Assembly (NCBI RefSeq): GCF_963921235.1
Contig: NC_086118.1
Span: forward strand, 15,812,001 to 15,876,000
Reading direction: 5' to 3'
From: Mobula hypostoma
Lineage: Eukaryota
DNA length: 64,000 bases
This document shows positions 63,640 through 64,000 of the stretch, piece after piece. The notes under the pieces were generated by a model. That model was not told where the DNA came from. It made no database searches and was given only the letters and a program-made list of their open reading frames with translations. Each line of letters begins with the position of its first letter. The first letter of the stretch is position 1. Position numbers and translations under genes: made by a program.

Positions 63640-63818
63640 ACTCCTTGAGCGCCTCATTTGTCTACCCCACCGCGCCCCCCCCCCCACCTTTTTATTCAGG
63701 CATCTTCTCCCTTCATTCTCAGTCTTGAAGAAGGGTCTCAGCCCGAAACATTGACTGTTTATTCATTTCCCTTCATACTGCCTAACCTGCTGAGTTCCTC
63801 CAGCATTTTGTGTGTGTC
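63640..63818 (+). mobile_element. Penelope 3'-end fragment with degenerate HHR (63720-63757)
   Basis: CAGTC-TTGAAGA-AGGG TCTCAG CCC-GAAAC-ATT-GACTG, then CTGCTGAGTTCCTCCAGCATTTTGTGTG. Confidence 0.75.
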
Positions 63819-64000
63819 ACTTTGGATTTAAAACATCTGCAGACTTTCTCATGCTCATCATTTGTTCCTTGCTGCCAGTATCTGCTCCACACCACTGTCT
63901 TGTTAACCAGGGGCACAATATCCCTCAAACAACAAGGTTCCCAAAATTTCTTAGCCTTGCCTTTTAATCTAACAGGAACATACACGCTCCATACTCTTAA

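Overview
Vertebrate genomic DNA; the CR1, Penelope, Rex-Babar and V-SINE repertoire suggests an elasmobranch, probably a ray (inference). The window holds one complete sarcomeric myosin heavy chain gene of the fast/embryonic class on the minus strand. It has 39 hand-traced coding exons from ATG 41227 to TAA 5015, which sum to 5814 nt (1937 aa plus stop). Two putative 5' UTR exons, a muscle-type promoter near 44.7 kb and an AATAAA at 4910 complete the gene, and two of its introns require GC donors. Introns and flanks are packed with transposons: an end-intact, internally deleted Helitron, a hAT with an 8-bp TSD, a fold-back Tc1, a near full-length CR1, two inverted solo LTRs, and RTE, Rex-Babar and SINE copies. 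Five Penelope 3' ends carry minimal type-I hammerhead ribozyme motifs. An orphan CCAAT-CRE-TATA promoter at about 49.83 kb points away from the myosin gene. All coordinates were read by eye and no searches were run. Exon numbers assume the two putative UTR exons.
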